Shown: positions 35,001 to 50,000 of the stretch, piece by piece
Numbering within the stretch: the first letter of the stretch is position 1
Layout: each line of letters opens with the position of its first letter
DNA from: Daphnia carinata
Lineage: Eukaryota
Direction: 5' to 3'
Assembly: GCF_022539665.2 (NCBI RefSeq)
Contig: NC_081331.1
Coordinates: forward strand, 1,798,001 to 1,862,000
Length of the DNA stretch: 64,000 bases
The notes under the pieces: model-generated
The model's input: the letters and a program-made list of their open reading frames with translations, nothing else
Databases searched by the model: none
What the model was told of the DNA's origin: nothing
Position numbers and translations under genes: made by a program

Positions 35001-38000
35001 AAGACGATATAGCATTTCGCGTGATATCCATCAGGGACACCTCACTGAATAAATGAAAGCCTAATAGCATCGAGCGCAGGCAAACAGAAAAATTCATGCG
35101 CTCAAGGAGGGCATGGGGCACCACCAGAAACGTATTACCCTTAGTTTTTCTTGTTTTTTTTTTTTTAACCAACACTTTAGAGTTGGGCTTCGATCGAGCG
35201 CTAAGGTGATTGGGTGTACAAGACAACAAACAAAAATCGGCTCTTGGGTTGAGACCGCGAGTGCATGTCGATCGGAAGTAGTTGCAAAACGAAAAAGATA
35301 GTCAACCAGCGAGCGACACCGCAGGACCAAACGGTTGTAGCATCATGCACGCACACGCCGTCAGCGACTATCGATCCGAGCGTGTTGAAGGGCGGAGACG
35401 ATCGCATCGAGCTTGCGGATCTTGATATTGTGGATGAAAAAAACGCTAGCTGTAGAGAAGTCACAGAATATTGTTGTTCTCTCGGAGCAGCGTTGTTTAC
35501 GTTTTTCAATATTTTCTAAATCTTTTTTCTTTCTATGGCATCCGCCCGCTCTCCTTCCTTGATGACGTCAGTCGAGAGTAGAATAAGTCCTGCGTTAGTC
35601 ACATATTGTTTTTGTTTGTAAATTACCTTTTTGCCGAAATGTACACACTCGCACACCACACGCTATGCTCAATATCTTATTTACTGGTATCCGTGGCGAA
35701 CGCTCTTTTCTCTAAATACGAAGCCATGCCAAGTTATTTTTAGTCAGGCCATCGGTCTCATCACATTCTTCTGTGCGCATCCTCGTAGTGTGTTTACATC
35801 GGTGAGTTTTGTCTTCAAGCCACATCGAAGTGCTCTGCAAGAACGTTGCCGGATATGGGGACCAAAACAAAAGGGACTCGATTGATTGACGACCGTCCTG
35901 TGGATTGTTTAGCGTTTAATAACTTACTGTGGGTAGTATATAGACAGACATTGTTGGCAAGGGTGCAAAGGCAATAACTCAAGCAATGCTACTTTTTAAA
36001 TCATTTGAATATTTGACTTCTGTCATGCACCGTTTGGAATCGTGAATGAATGCGCTAACTTGGCATAGCTCTTTCTAAAACTTTTGCTGCGACTGCAGAC
36101 CGTCATCTTTTATTATCGAGCCTATCAATAACTTGTGTTATTTATTGAATTTACAAACGGTGGGACTTCGTGGAAAGGCAGATGCAGGCTGTAACTTGGT
36201 TTTGAATGTTTCACAATTTTCCTGAGAGCCAATCCCAGGAAAATCGAAAAAGACCTCGCTGTTTTGTCCCAATTTGAAAGTTGGATGCCAACGTCTTCTA
36301 GTTCATTTTGCTGTTTACATAAGAGCTGGTTTCTATTGCATGTCACGTGATCTTCTAAATGAACGCTACAATAGAGCACAAGTTTCTCTAAACCTAAATG
36401 TTTGCGTAACCAGAGCCAACAGTCAAGGATCGCGTGCCGTTAACATAAAAACGAGTCTGAAGGCTGCAATAATATAGCGCTTGACTAGACGCCAAGATAT
36501 ACCGAAAAACGAGTCAGGTGACATCCGGTTGCTGTTACAGTCATTCATTGGGCTATTTTACGTGACCCAGCGCATTATGTAGACGGTGTAATCGATCATT
36601 CTTACGCCACTAACATACCTCATTAGATTCCAGGTCTCTTGTCATTGGGGGATTCACGGAACACTGAGTGAATAATTCTCGAAACTAAAGCAAGCCAGAC
36701 GAGGGTATCGCCTTCGCAGTAGAAGGCGATTTCCTTTGCTAGTAGAACGTGCGTGTAGTTGTGCCTTAGTTGGATCGATAGAAGGCGGTTTTGCGTCCGC
36801 ACGTTTCATTTTTGCTAGTTACGTAATAGAGGCAGTTTCGTGCCAACTGTTCTTGTCATCTTCGTCCAACTTTACTTACTGCATAGCGATTTTCCTTTCT
36901 CTTATAGCTAGTTTCGCTCAGCGTTGTAAGTGTTTGCTAACGCATGAGTGACATAACCGGCTAGCTGTTCATCCGTCCAGAAAGGCTGTCTGATATGAGA
37001 CCTTACGCGTGAATTTTTGATGGCAGTTGTGCATTTCAGAACAGCAGGATTGTGGAATATGAAACTGCAGGAAAATGCGGCGGAATTGGAACACTCTGTA
37101 ATGTAGACGTTGTAAAAAGAAACGTCCTTTTTCCCTAGTAGGGAATGCGCTTTTATCTCCAAACATTAGGAGACGATGCTCAGCATCTGCTATTGATTAG
37201 TGGGACGAGCCGGTTGATAGTTGCTATTTTGAACTGAGTGTGCAGTTTCAAAGCATTCAGATGACTATTCGTAGTGGTAAGAATAAAAGCGTGCGACAGA
37301 TATCCCTAGCGTGTTCGAAATGTTTAACCCCGTTTTCTCTGCGATTCTGATGCGCGCTTGCGGAATGCATCTTTCAGAAGGAATTACGTGCCGCTGAGCA
37401 GTAAGTAACATCGACGGCAAGAGCGCACATTGCACGCATTTAGCTGGATTGGTTTTTCTTTGTTTTCTAGCCCAGCGTTCCCAACAGTTTCTCGAGAATT
37501 GGTTGGTTATTCAGTGAAGTTTTGCTACATGTGCTGCTGTTATTTCCCTCGACTCGCTAGATTAAGTTTTTTCTTTGCTCTCTCGGTTTCTCGCTTTCCC
37601 GTTGTTGCCTACTTTATTCTGGGACAATTACTGCGTGTCAGCTGTGACCCAACTATTTCATTTAAGAACAAATAGATGACGGGAAACCGGAAACCGGAAA
37701 AAAGAATTGTGACCAACGAGCTAGTTATGCAAAAAAATTCATTTTGATCACAGGAGGCTAACAGTCAATGATTTGTGAAAATAATAAATAAGAGTGGGAA
37801 GTATATTGATGTGCGTGCTCACGTTCTTCAGACCGGAGATAGCCTTCTGACGTCATCACGGCTGAACGTTTCTCCTTTCCGCACAATAAAGAACGAACTT
37901 AAAAGGCGTTTGACGGTAGTGCATCACAGCAAAGAATACCAGATGTTGAAGGATTGCTTTGAGTATCCTAACGGGTCACATAAGAGTTATTCTAGTTTTA

Positions 38001-41000
38001 CAAAGAATATCAACTATGCCATTCAGTATCAGAGAGACGAAAAGTATAATTGAATTGGAGTTCGAAGAAAACCGCGATAGTGAAGTCTTTTTTGGGGCTT
38101 TCTGTTGCTGGTTTTTTTTTATGACACTCTGTCTCCAGTAGATATGTGCGTGCACATGTCGTGTCAACTAGACATGATTAAATCGGATGCAATCTTCAGC
38201 GGTTTGTGCACTGAGATAGTTCAATTACCGACGATCATAGCTGCACTAAAACGATTGCTGATTGCTTTTTATTCGCACAAAAACTCGTAAAAATTGAGCG
38301 TTTTCACAGTAGCGACCGTCGAGTTTCCATTTAAGTAATATATTTTTTTTTCAAACATGGGTCTTGCGAATGACCGTCAAATTTATTGATCCAGTCGTCC
38401 CAGGGCTTCGTCTTGGTCATCGTTCGTCAAGGTTACATGGATTTCATTCCTACTGCAAGGGCATGGTCGTCAAATAGAATGTTTCAAGCTTTTAGATGAC
38501 TTCATTCTATTATCTAACAGAGGCCCTTGATTATCCATAGTTGATGTGTCCAGTTTGTTCATTATCCTTCGCTTGTGTTCTTATCTTAATCGGGACGAGA
38601 ACTACGTTGCTCTTGGTGATGACGTTGAACGATGTTGAATAGACGATACATAGACTCCTGTTTCCAAGAACTAGGTCTATTACACTCCTGGGCTTCCTAG
38701 TGTAACAGAGACGAATTACGAAGACGGAGTAACTGCTATATTGCTCAATTACCTGAGCGAGGCTTTTGCTGCTAAACGTGTACAATGTGAAGCACGAAAA
38801 GCTTGTTTGTTGCTCTTTTCATCTGATATAACTAGTATTTGGCACAAATTGTCATAAGCTTTTAATATAAATTCATATTTAAAATTTGTTTATGATTTTA
38901 TTTCATTTTTTAGATTGCGTCCGCCACAATTTGTTTGGAGAAAACTGAAAACGAACATCAACAGCCGATTAGGGTTCGCTCACCGAAAGCCAACACATTC
39001 CAATCAGTACTGGGTACCATAACAGGTAAAGTTTAGATCATTTTTCAAAACAGCTTGGAAATCAACATTAGTTTTGTTGCTAAGAGCCCCGAATTCATGA
39101 TTGCATCCTTTCTTTGTTGTGCATTTAACAGAGGACGACGGTGCTGAGAATTGTAAAATGCGACAGTTCCAGTCGGCGACGAATACGGACGAGCGGCATG
39201 CTTTACACAGCACAGGTAGCTAACTTTCGTTACAAGAACTTATCATTGTTCAGCTTTCTTTCAGTTCAGATGGAAGTTCATTTTCACGAACTCGTATAAT
39301 TCGGCAACGCCGGTCGATTGAATTTGATGTTTAAACGATTGAATCGTCTCTACTCGTGAAAACGTTTGCTTGTGCATAACCTTTATAAGATAGCGAGAAA
39401 AGGTCTTGACGTAAGACCATTGCGACAGTTTGACTGCTATTCGTTGCTAACTCAAGCGCGTAAAAAGTTGATGTGAGTGTGCCCTAAAAAAAAAAAAGGT
39501 CTTGGAGCATAAGCTGTTGGCAAAAGTAAAAAACCCGTACACGCCTTTGTGGCTGATTTGCATTACAGTCTATCGACTCTTGGCTAATGTCAACCTGGTC
39601 TTGTACTGAGGAAGGCACTGTTTAAAAGCTTATTCAAATTCTGTGCAATACTAGAGTTTTTAAACGATTTTCTTCTTGTCCAACAATGCGAGTATCGTCT
39701 TTTTAAAATACGAAAACTAACTGAATTGATGATTATATGATGGGAGCTTATTTGGTTGTACAAAGTTGCTTTCGTATTTTCACAATGATTGAAATAATTG
39801 TTTCTATTCCATTCCTACAGGTGACAGCACAGAAACAAGTCCCAGTTGGGCGTCGGCGACGTCCAGTGCCATGGAAACGCCCAACGGCGTCGACCAACCA
39901 CTTGCCTTTGATTTCAGCCGAAAATGTGAATTAAATTCTGACGGACGCCAGCAACTCGTCTTACCGAAATGCAGGGTATAAACACACACCAAAATACCTT
40001 ACCATTCCAAATGATTGAAATTTCTTTAGTAAATAATAAAAAATCCTGGATGCCGTAACCGTAAAAGAGAAATAGGCGAAGGATTTTAAAAAAATGACTC
40101 GCCTTGAAATTGAAAAAGGATTTCTCTGAAAGACGAAATGATGTTATGAATACCCTATTATCAACTGCATGCTGAGAACTTTATTTCTCTGTTTCTTAAT
40201 CTTCTCAAAAATTGGACAGGTTGTTGCTTCCAGTCGATCCAGCTCCACCACAAGGACTGCTATTGGCTCAATACCGGTAATATGAATACATCTAGTCTTA
40301 TCATGTTTCTTTATCTTGTCTTCAAAAGCGCGCTGTCATTAGAAATGGACTTTTGAAACCAACGAATTGTAATGATGTAATAAGGAACATGATTACGGTC
40401 CCCATTTCTTTTCGGCCTAGCAAATAACTAAAAAACTTCCTCAATACCTTCCTAAAATAACTTTCTTATCATTTGGGCTTTCCCCTTAGGTCTCTTACAG
40501 TATGCCGACTACGCCAGAAATGTCGGAAGCCTCGCCGTCTCCTCGTCAAGTCTCTGCCGGTTTCTTTCGGTTCCCGTTCGTTGGCAACGCCAGTCCTCGT
40601 CGGTTCAGGAGTCGGGCAATGTCTGGTATGTTCTTCACAGCGCATTGTGAGAAATATTTCGTCCTATTTTTTTTCTCTTAATTAATTATTTCAAATTATA
40701 ATCCAATTAACTGAACAGCTGAAAGTAATTCGGAAGAAATTGGTCCGTCGGTGGTGGTCGGATCATCTTCTCCTCCATCTGGTGGCTACACGCACCACCA
40801 CCAGTCACGCCACGAAAACCCGGATCCTTCGATCCCGGTTCAATCTACTCAGCAGACGGACAAGCGACTTCGTTTCCCGCGTTTCCTTCGGCGCACGCAC
40901 AGCGCTTCGGCCAGCACGGAAGCTCCGCCCTATGCTCTATTTCTGCGAACCAAACGAGTAAGTCATTTTCCTCTTTTTTTCTCCCGTTGCCGGGACAAAG

Positions 41001-44000
41001 GTAGAGTTCGCACGATGTAACGCACGATCACTAGATGTCAGGGGTATCATATTTTTCGTGATCACGTTCGAATGCAGATGCGGACGAACGTATTTGTTTC
41101 TGCGTGTTTTGCGCCGTGCCCAAAGCGTACTGTATTAAATGAAAAATACGGAAATCGAAATCGATTCGTTACGTAATCTTGAATCTGTAAAAATCTTCAT
41201 CTTGACGTCAACGTGTGTATATCTACGCCGCAGGTATACTTTAATGACCGGATGTGGTTGGATGTGTTATATGGGTTACGCTGCAACTTCTTTCTTCGCT
41301 GCTATGGTTCGGCCACTGACGCAATAGCTGCACCAGCGTTTGTTTATTCAATCCACTGCTTTGAGCCACAGTGTTACCTATTGCTACAAAAGATGACGTT
41401 GCGCTCGTAGTGATCCAAAAAAAAAATACTGGTTTTAGTCGTGCGTGAACGCGCCGGATGACGATTTAATTCGGTAAACAAAAGCGTTTACGGCTATGGG
41501 AAAACAAAATTCTATAGCCTCGATGCGAAAAAAGTCCCTCAATTTCAACTCTAATGACGTCAATGGAGATCTTTTGTCCAAAGGAAAAGAATTAAAAGCA
41601 ATCAAAGGTAATGCCTTTCTAAATAGCGGCAAACAGATCCGCTTTTGCGGTCCTTTTTGCGGTCTGTATTGGAGAAAACCCAAAACACAGCTGTCCGTGA
41701 CTGCCCATGACTGTCCATGAGCTGGAAAGCTGGGCATATTGCCCATGACTATTTCATTGCCCAGTCACCGTTTGCGCAACGGGCATTGCGTGGGAGAATG
41801 AAAGTCTCTTCGTTCCTTCACCTTATTGTTCCATCGTTTTTTTTTAACGCGTTCAATTCGACTTTGCGGCTGTCAATGACGTCAAACTTAGTCACCAGAA
41901 CAGTGTGTTTGAACAGGCGGTTTATATACGTACATTTCTCGCTAAGCCCGATTGTGAAAGGCGATCAAATGATAGAGAATGACTATTTGCCAGATGTCGG
42001 GGCAGCCGAGTTTAGAACACACGTCACCGCGTTGAATAAGGCTTATAACTAAGGATATAAAATTAGTAGTGTAGCCTATTCGTTTTTTGTTTTTTTATGC
42101 GTCGCTTAAACTGCAATATTATTCCATAACTGAAGCTCTTGTCCTGTACTTAAAGCGGATGTTAGAGATCACCTTTATGTCCATTTACGTGCATATATTT
42201 ATAGAAAGCAATCAAAAGAGCAAACTTTTATGTGCCTCCATGTCATCGAGTGCTCGAGTACCACAACGGTCGCACTACAGACGAAAGCCATAAAACGCGT
42301 CAAAGGGGATGACTGGGTAGAAATTCATGAACTTGCATCGTGTATATTTTTGCAGTTTTTAATCAATTCCCAACGTAAAAAAAAGGAATAGGCACTGTCT
42401 GATCCGTCTACCGTACCCAGCTCACCATGGCAGTAGGAAAGGGACTCCCCGTTGTTGCGCGAAGCGAGCCACAACGGCGTTCTACCTTCGCTTCATGTTC
42501 TTTTATTTTTAGATTTTCTTTTTTTTTCGATTGCAGCACGTGCAGTTGACCGTGTCTCATACCCTGTGACATGACTAGTACGAACGCTAGCGATAATCTT
42601 TTTTTCTTCCTTCAAATTTATCCGGCTCATGTGTGTTTCAGTATATACATTACGATTCCCTTGTTTATTCGGAAAAGGAAGTGAATCGTTATTATAGCCG
42701 CGGCAACCAACCACTCGACTTTGGACGTACACTTGCGCCAGCGTGCTTGCGCAAATTTGCGAAACGAATAACTAGACGAGCGGTGGAAATTGTCTATGTA
42801 CTGTTGCCAACGGCTCTTGGATCTTTAATGAACATCGTCCACTTGATAACATGCAGCAATTCAGAAAGGTCATATTTTCACGTTCGGTGGGAACGGAGAC
42901 TGCGAATAACATATGGCATTAAAAATAGCACGAAGATAAAAAGGTCACGAGTTATAAGAATCCATACACTTGAAGGTTGTGAATGAGTGAAAGAGAATTT
43001 TAGTAAGAAAAGCCCTCAAGAGGATCAAGATCTTTCGTACGGGAAAGTTGAAAAGACGGGACTCCTCCTCCCCCGCCCATCCCCCGTGAAAAAAAAACAC
43101 AGCTGTTACGCAATGCACTAGCAGGTCCACCCATTTTTGACGTCACCTCTAGTCGCCAAGATGAACATGCGCTATTTAAACGCTTCCATCGACTTGTTTT
43201 GATTTTATATTGCCTGCCATTATACCAATAATTGGCCGTTCGCTGGCATCGAATACCGCCAGACAAGATGAAAAATGACGCACAGGGCATATGAGTGTGA
43301 CCCCTTCTACATGTGGAACTCGGCGTACCTGTTGTAACTAATATGGGGCAGTTCAGTGAGGTTGACTTATTGCTATGGCTGGTCGTAGTGAACGATTCAC
43401 TTTTAGTTCGGCCAATCAGGTCATGTAGGACGCTCATCTAGTAGTCGCCACTCTTCGTGTGAAACAAAGCCTTCAGCAAAGCGAACGTTTCATTCGATTA
43501 GAGCGACATTCTGAGTAGCACCATTCAAAACGTCCCTATTTTCGTCCAATTTGTGATTAACCACAAGTGCATGAAAATCGCGAGTACAAAAAAACCCTCG
43601 AACTGGCGTCGGTCATTGCCCTAAAGTTTATCTTTTTGTACAGTTATATAACGCTTTAGCTATATTTGGTTCGTTCTGCATTTATAGCGATTCTCATCCT
43701 CGAACGTTCCAAATTGACGTAACGCCCATCCTTTTCCTCAAGTCTCTTATTGCGCAGCAACCATTGATTCAATTGACCAACGGAATCGCCAGACACGTGA
43801 ATAGTTGACCATCGATCATGCCTTTTTTTAAGTTCTCCTAATTTCCTTCAATTTCATTTTTTGTTATCAATGTTTCCTGCACTTCTTATCACCTGACACG
43901 AGACCTCTTGCCTCGTGATCTTCCTTGAGAAGAAAAAACCTAGAATTCGTTTTTTGTTGTCGAATTTAACGAGAAATCTGATGACTTTGCTTAAGAGCAA

Positions 44001-47000
44001 CTGTGAATGCGGGAATAGAACATCAGAAGCATTTAAAATGTTCATGGAAAGTAATTTCATACTAGCGGTGGTCTTTCATCCGTTGCTGTGAATAAAACGC
44101 ACAATTTGCTTGTCATGCACATCTAATAGTCCGTTTATTTCTTCATTCATTTCACTTCTATTTGCACTAAAATCAAACATCATTTGCTTTATGGCGCAGA
44201 TGGTGAGCAAAACCCGTTCGGCTGATCTAACTGTCGCTGCCGGCCCTAACGAAGTGTTCAGCAGCGTCGACGATGCCGCATCTGGAACAATGGCCAGCAG
44301 GAAAACTCGACTGTAAGTTGTCATTTTCAAGTATATTTTATTGACACAAACTCGTTCAAGCAGTCGATGATAAGTTACGGAAAAGTTTTAAAATCGAGGT
44401 CATCCTTAGCATTAAAAGTTCTTCACCCAAATCTCATTAAGCAAATTTTCTTAAAAATAGCTACCCGTGTCGGATTAGAATGTCAAAAGCTAACCACTTG
44501 GTCGACTGATGCTATTTAAGCAGCGTCGTGAAGGATAGCTTATTACACGCGCCGCTGTGTAAATCTGTTACGTCGATACGTTCGATATTTATAGTCTATG
44601 CGCCAAAGTTTAAGCGTACAGGCAAGGAACAACACCCATTTCTTATTTCAGTTGCTGGGATATCGAACTAAAATGGGGCACATTTAATTTCTTTAATTCA
44701 CATGAGATTGTCGTGGATATTGGCAGATCAGACGCAAAAAGGAACGAAAGTCATTGACACATGACTGGCGCTACACGTTTTCGACGTTGTTTCCAAGACG
44801 ACAAGTGGCAGGTAAAGGGGCACAATGTCCCCTGTCACTGCCGGGTCACCTTATTAAGAAGGGACAATGTCAACTTCGTTACTCATTGCTGGAAAACAAT
44901 GGGAAATTGTATTTCTCGGTTTTCTTCTTAGCCGAATAATAGTTGAAAAGGATTTTCCTTATTGCATCCATGCATCAGCCCTTAAAAAATAATATGGAAG
45001 AGAGTTAATTTTGCTGTTGGGTCATTGTTTTATAGCTGAAATAGAAATGCTTTCTTATCGGGGTGAAAGCAACATCTTTGTATTAATAAAATTTAAAAGA
45101 AGCCTCGGTTTCCTTTACGCCAAGGAAATAGTTTTGCTTGCGTACATCTGTTTTTAACACCTCTTCCAACTTCAATAATTCCGTGGCTGGCACCGCAAGC
45201 GCCAAATGGAAATAATTGAAGACCTTTCCGCTTCCGCCTTGTGGCGTGTCATATTTTATTACTATGCAGGCTAACCACCTCCTTTTTTGATCTTCGTAGA
45301 AAGTCTTCAATTCGTTAACAGACTAGTGGGGTGTTGAATTTCTATTTCAATCCGTGTGGGCGAGCTATCGACCTGTGGACGTGGTAAAACTAGGGATTTG
45401 AAAAAAAAAAAAAAGAATTGTATATCCTACTTCTTGTGTATCCGGTTGGTGATGTACGGACCAGCTACACCTTTTAACCGGAACTTATTACATGCGTTTT
45501 TGGTAGTGAACTCATAAGCGTGTTCACGAAAAGCTGGACTCCACGGATTCAGAAGGTAGAATTAAATAATTTCACATCACAATGAAATTATCGTCCTGCC
45601 ATCGATTGGCATTTGAAAGTCCATGTTTACGTCAGGAAATTCGTGTTTTGATCGCGTAGGGAAGAATTGTGGCCGCATTGCAGTTAAAAAATAGTCAATT
45701 GTCAGGGAGTGTTTGTTTTCAGTGCCTGTGAATTAGCGTCAACTGAATTTCTGGGTCAAATCCAGAATGAAGAAGGCACGACACTCGATCTTCACGTTTT
45801 CAAATGCACTCGCATAGGGAACACTAGTGGGAGATGACAAACAGCTTATGTGAGCTTATGTGGGCGGATGTTTCTTTGGGAGGCAGCTTGTATTGATTAA
45901 AGCGACCTTCCGTGTTTTTTGTTTTTTTTACATTTTCACCAAATAGCCCGCTTAAAAATGTTTTAATCTCTATTTTCCTTGTTGGATAAATTAAAGATAA
46001 TCACGGCAACTATTCTAAATCTGCAAGATTCTGTACTATACCACAACATCCTTTTAATGTGACAAATAATTTGTTTTGAACGTATTTCTTCTGGCTACTC
46101 GTTGCAAATTCATTCTATATGTAACTGACTAGTGGCATCAGAGATCAGATTTTGTCCTATTGATCAGCTAAAATCGTCCGATGTATACTCATAGGTTTAT
46201 TTACGGGTGATTGCGTGCAAGATTAGGGGTACAGTACAGTATCGCCACACGAATTTTTCAGGAGATTGCGGGAAGATGGGTGATATGAAAACGTGATCCC
46301 AACTGTAGCATTATGCGAAACTTCTTAGTGTAACGTGAAGTAAAAAGGGATTTGCCTTGACTATGCTTTCAGTGGCCTACCCAATTTCGAGAATTTGATT
46401 TACTTTTCATCCCACCACTGGATTTCAGAAATTGCTATGATATCAGTTCCTATTTTTTTTCGTCCCTGCGTATTACGGCAGCACATGTTTTTAATTTTTT
46501 GAAATTCAAAATCGTAGAAACTAATGCTAAATTGTATGCTAAATTTGGCTTTCGTAGAGGCATTCAAACTGACAACTTTGACACAGTTTCACTGATCAAG
46601 TAAAATATCGGTCTTTCGTTGTGTAAATATTACGACCGTCTGCTTGTCTTATCGGAATTTGACATGAGATTTACCAAACCCAAGCGTACTTATAGAACCC
46701 CTTTGTTGTTTAACTTGAAAGCCGGTTTTCTATATGCGAAAAATCTTGATCAATACGGACGGTTGGCGTTTCGTTTGATAGCAAAATTCGGGGCATCCCA
46801 CGTCGCTTTCACGGCTACCGGTCAACCTTGAAACTCTTTTGCTCATATGCCCCCAAAATTCGATTACATTGTGTCTTTGTACACATAACTCAAGCGAAAC
46901 ACATTTGTAGGCAAACCGTATTTTGACAAGTAGGAGAGAAGAGGCAAACCTGACGCCATAGAATTCTTCGTCAAAATCGAAGTTGAACGAGAAAAAGAAA

Positions 47001-50000
47001 TGGAATCCGCGAAAAGCTTCACCCTGAGCTTTGTTTATTGACATTAAATGATCCCAACCGTCCCAGAAATAAAAGGTCACCGTGTCTTACCGCTATCAGA
47101 TATAAAATATCGATGATATGTTGCAATTTTTCGTTGCCAACTCGCAACGTCCTCAACGTCCCCGCACAAGATTTCGATGCTCGTGGAGATGTATGGTTCT
47201 TATTCGGAAAAGAGCAGGATGAATGAAATCTGCAATGTCAAGTCTAAAACCAGATGATGAAGGCAGTTGGCACGCGGTGGAGACTCACGTGTCCGTCTAC
47301 TGGGCTAGATTAATTTTTGCGGGTACTCTATGACTTCCACCTTCACGTATTTCCTAGCAGCAGCACGCCAACATCCATCGCTCTGAACAGTTGATAGACA
47401 GTCCTAACGTTACCTAGCAACGTTTCTCTAGTTCACCTGCTCGATGCCATTGGCTAAAACAGTTTACCGAATTTAATCCCCTAAAACTTAAACCCGTCCA
47501 AAAGATCTATTTGTTTCACTATCCACCGTATACTCTGTTTTAATAGCGTTTCTTCTATTGACATGAATATAGACGATCTGGTGGTGGTTCTGTGCGCTGA
47601 TTCGCGACGGTCAATCAAACCGCTTTTGGGAACAAGTCGTTTTCGCTCGCCACCGTCGTGCGCCCAATGGAAGACAACGAAATCGAAAACACTAACAAAC
47701 GGGAAAAGAACAAAAAGAAAACGAGTTGCGATGTCTCGTTTCAGGTTTATATTCTGTTGACTAACATAAACAGCTGCGTTTACAAACATTCGCACACGGT
47801 CACACTGTATACCCGAAGCGCGGGTTTTCTGAAACGCGTGATGAAGGAGAACTGTAGATGCGTGCGCAGCTTATATTCACGAAAACTAAACGAAAAAAAA
47901 AAAAGAAACGGTTTTGTCCAGATGGCGTTTCGGTATTCCCTCGGGCTTCGGTCTGGCCGTCTGATTCTACAGGCCGTTATATATATATATATACTGGCTG
48001 CGTTGTATTTGAGCAGTCAGACTGTCTTCTACCTGTGTCAGGTGCGCTAGTGCACTCGTTCGTCACTTGTTTCATTCTAGCTTCCCGCTTTAAAACACGT
48101 CGTTTCAGTCAAAAGTGATTACCTACCCGAATTGCCGTTTATTCTGCCGAAAAAAATGATCCACACTAGAGACATCCATCATCGTGGCGAATCTTTGCGC
48201 AACACTAAAAACGTACTCGAATCGTTGAATTTGACGTTGGCCGGTGCCGCGAAGGCAACCCACATCAGCGACAATAGCCAACAAAACACCAAATTCTTTT
48301 TCCAGTATTTCAAACGGTCAGTTTCCCCCTAGTATGGATGTCAACAGCTATTCTTTTAACGTTTTGTTAATGCTTTATTATGATTAATTGAGATGCCGTG
48401 AATGATTCATTTATCCGGCGATTTGGCATGCATTTATTAAATATCCTGTTTGATCTTTATGATTTTAGATCTGAAATGCGACTCCGCCTAGGATTTCTAC
48501 GCCGAAGAAGCACAGAGTCCGCGTTATCGGCACGGCCATCGCCGGAAGAGGCGCGAAAATGGTCGGAATCCTTTTCCGCTCTTATGGCATCGAAATGTAA
48601 GTTACCCATCAAACTATCCATTACTGCCGTGCACGGTAGGAGATTTACTGCACAACTTAGGTAGTTTTTTTTTCGGAATCGTTCGTCCCTTTTACTTTTT
48701 CTGGTGCTAAAATATTTCAATAATAAAAAAAATAGAAAAAACTTGAATTAAGAGGAAGTAAAGAGCGCAGCTTTAGAATAGGGAGAGGGCCAGGTGTGTA
48801 CGGGAGTGGCCGTCACTCATACACATGTACACGCACATCCCAAGGCCGCAACAAAAAAAAAGCTGCTTTTAGTGAATGAGAAAGAAACCAAGAGCCTTGA
48901 GCCAAAGTCTGCGGCATTCAATCGTGTCAAAAAAGGAAGGAAATAACGAGGAAAAGAAGGAACGTATAAGCTAAACCAAGCAGCGCATTTTCGCTTCATT
49001 CGATTGGGCGATTTGTTACTTTTGAACCGTTTTTCCCTTTTTAATGTTATCTCTTTTCTATTTATTGCATGCTTTCGTTATTTTGACTTGTGTGATGATA
49101 TAATAGCTCCCGCTGTTATTTTTTTGCTACTATTCGTAGCCTTTTTTTTCTCCCTATTTTACTTGATTTGACCATTCATCTTTTCCAGTCCCTCACATTA
49201 GCCTCTCCCGCGCGTTACGTAATTTAGTCTCGCTTTTGATCTAAGCTTGCGACCTTCTATCGAGGACCATCAAAAGTGCACTACCTAATGTATGTGCATT
49301 AATTTATTCAAAATAGTTTCCCAAAATAAATCGTGACCGCTTAGCTTTTTCGGCTCTTCCGGCTATCGTTGTTTTTATTGTTCTTTTATGGAGCAAGATC
49401 AATCGAATAGCTTTTCTTTATTGCCTCCCAACTTTGTCCTGTAGATCACGTTCGCGTTTTCCGTAAAAAGAAGGACGGGCCATAACTAAATTTAGACGGA
49501 AGATGCAAGTTTCAAAATTTGTTTACTTTCATAAAAATGGTCGTTCGCCGTGAAAAGAACAGCACCTGCGTAGATACTATGACGTCAACCTTGTCGTCCT
49601 GGACACCCATTCGCAATGCAGTCTATTAGCTTAGAAGTAGCTACGTTCGATATTGTATTCTCGTGTTTATTTTGGGAACATTGCCGATTCATTCACGCAT
49701 CGTTCGTTGAATGACATGACGGTGGTCGGGTATCGCTCATCCACAGGCAATTCAAAGACAAGGCGATCGATGGTTCCCTTCTCTCTCTCCCCGCATGGGT
49801 CCTGTGTAAGATGCGTGAGTGTACTGAACAAAAGAGAACGGAAACACTTTTTCCAGTGGTGTATAGGGAATCGCAAATAAGCTTTATATTTCATTCACAA
49901 TAGCGGAGTGTTTCGGATGTCGTCGTTGTTTTATCGAGTTTAACGTTACGTGAAGGGCAACGAAGTATCCCGGTTGGTTTAAACTATCTTTCGGAAAGAA

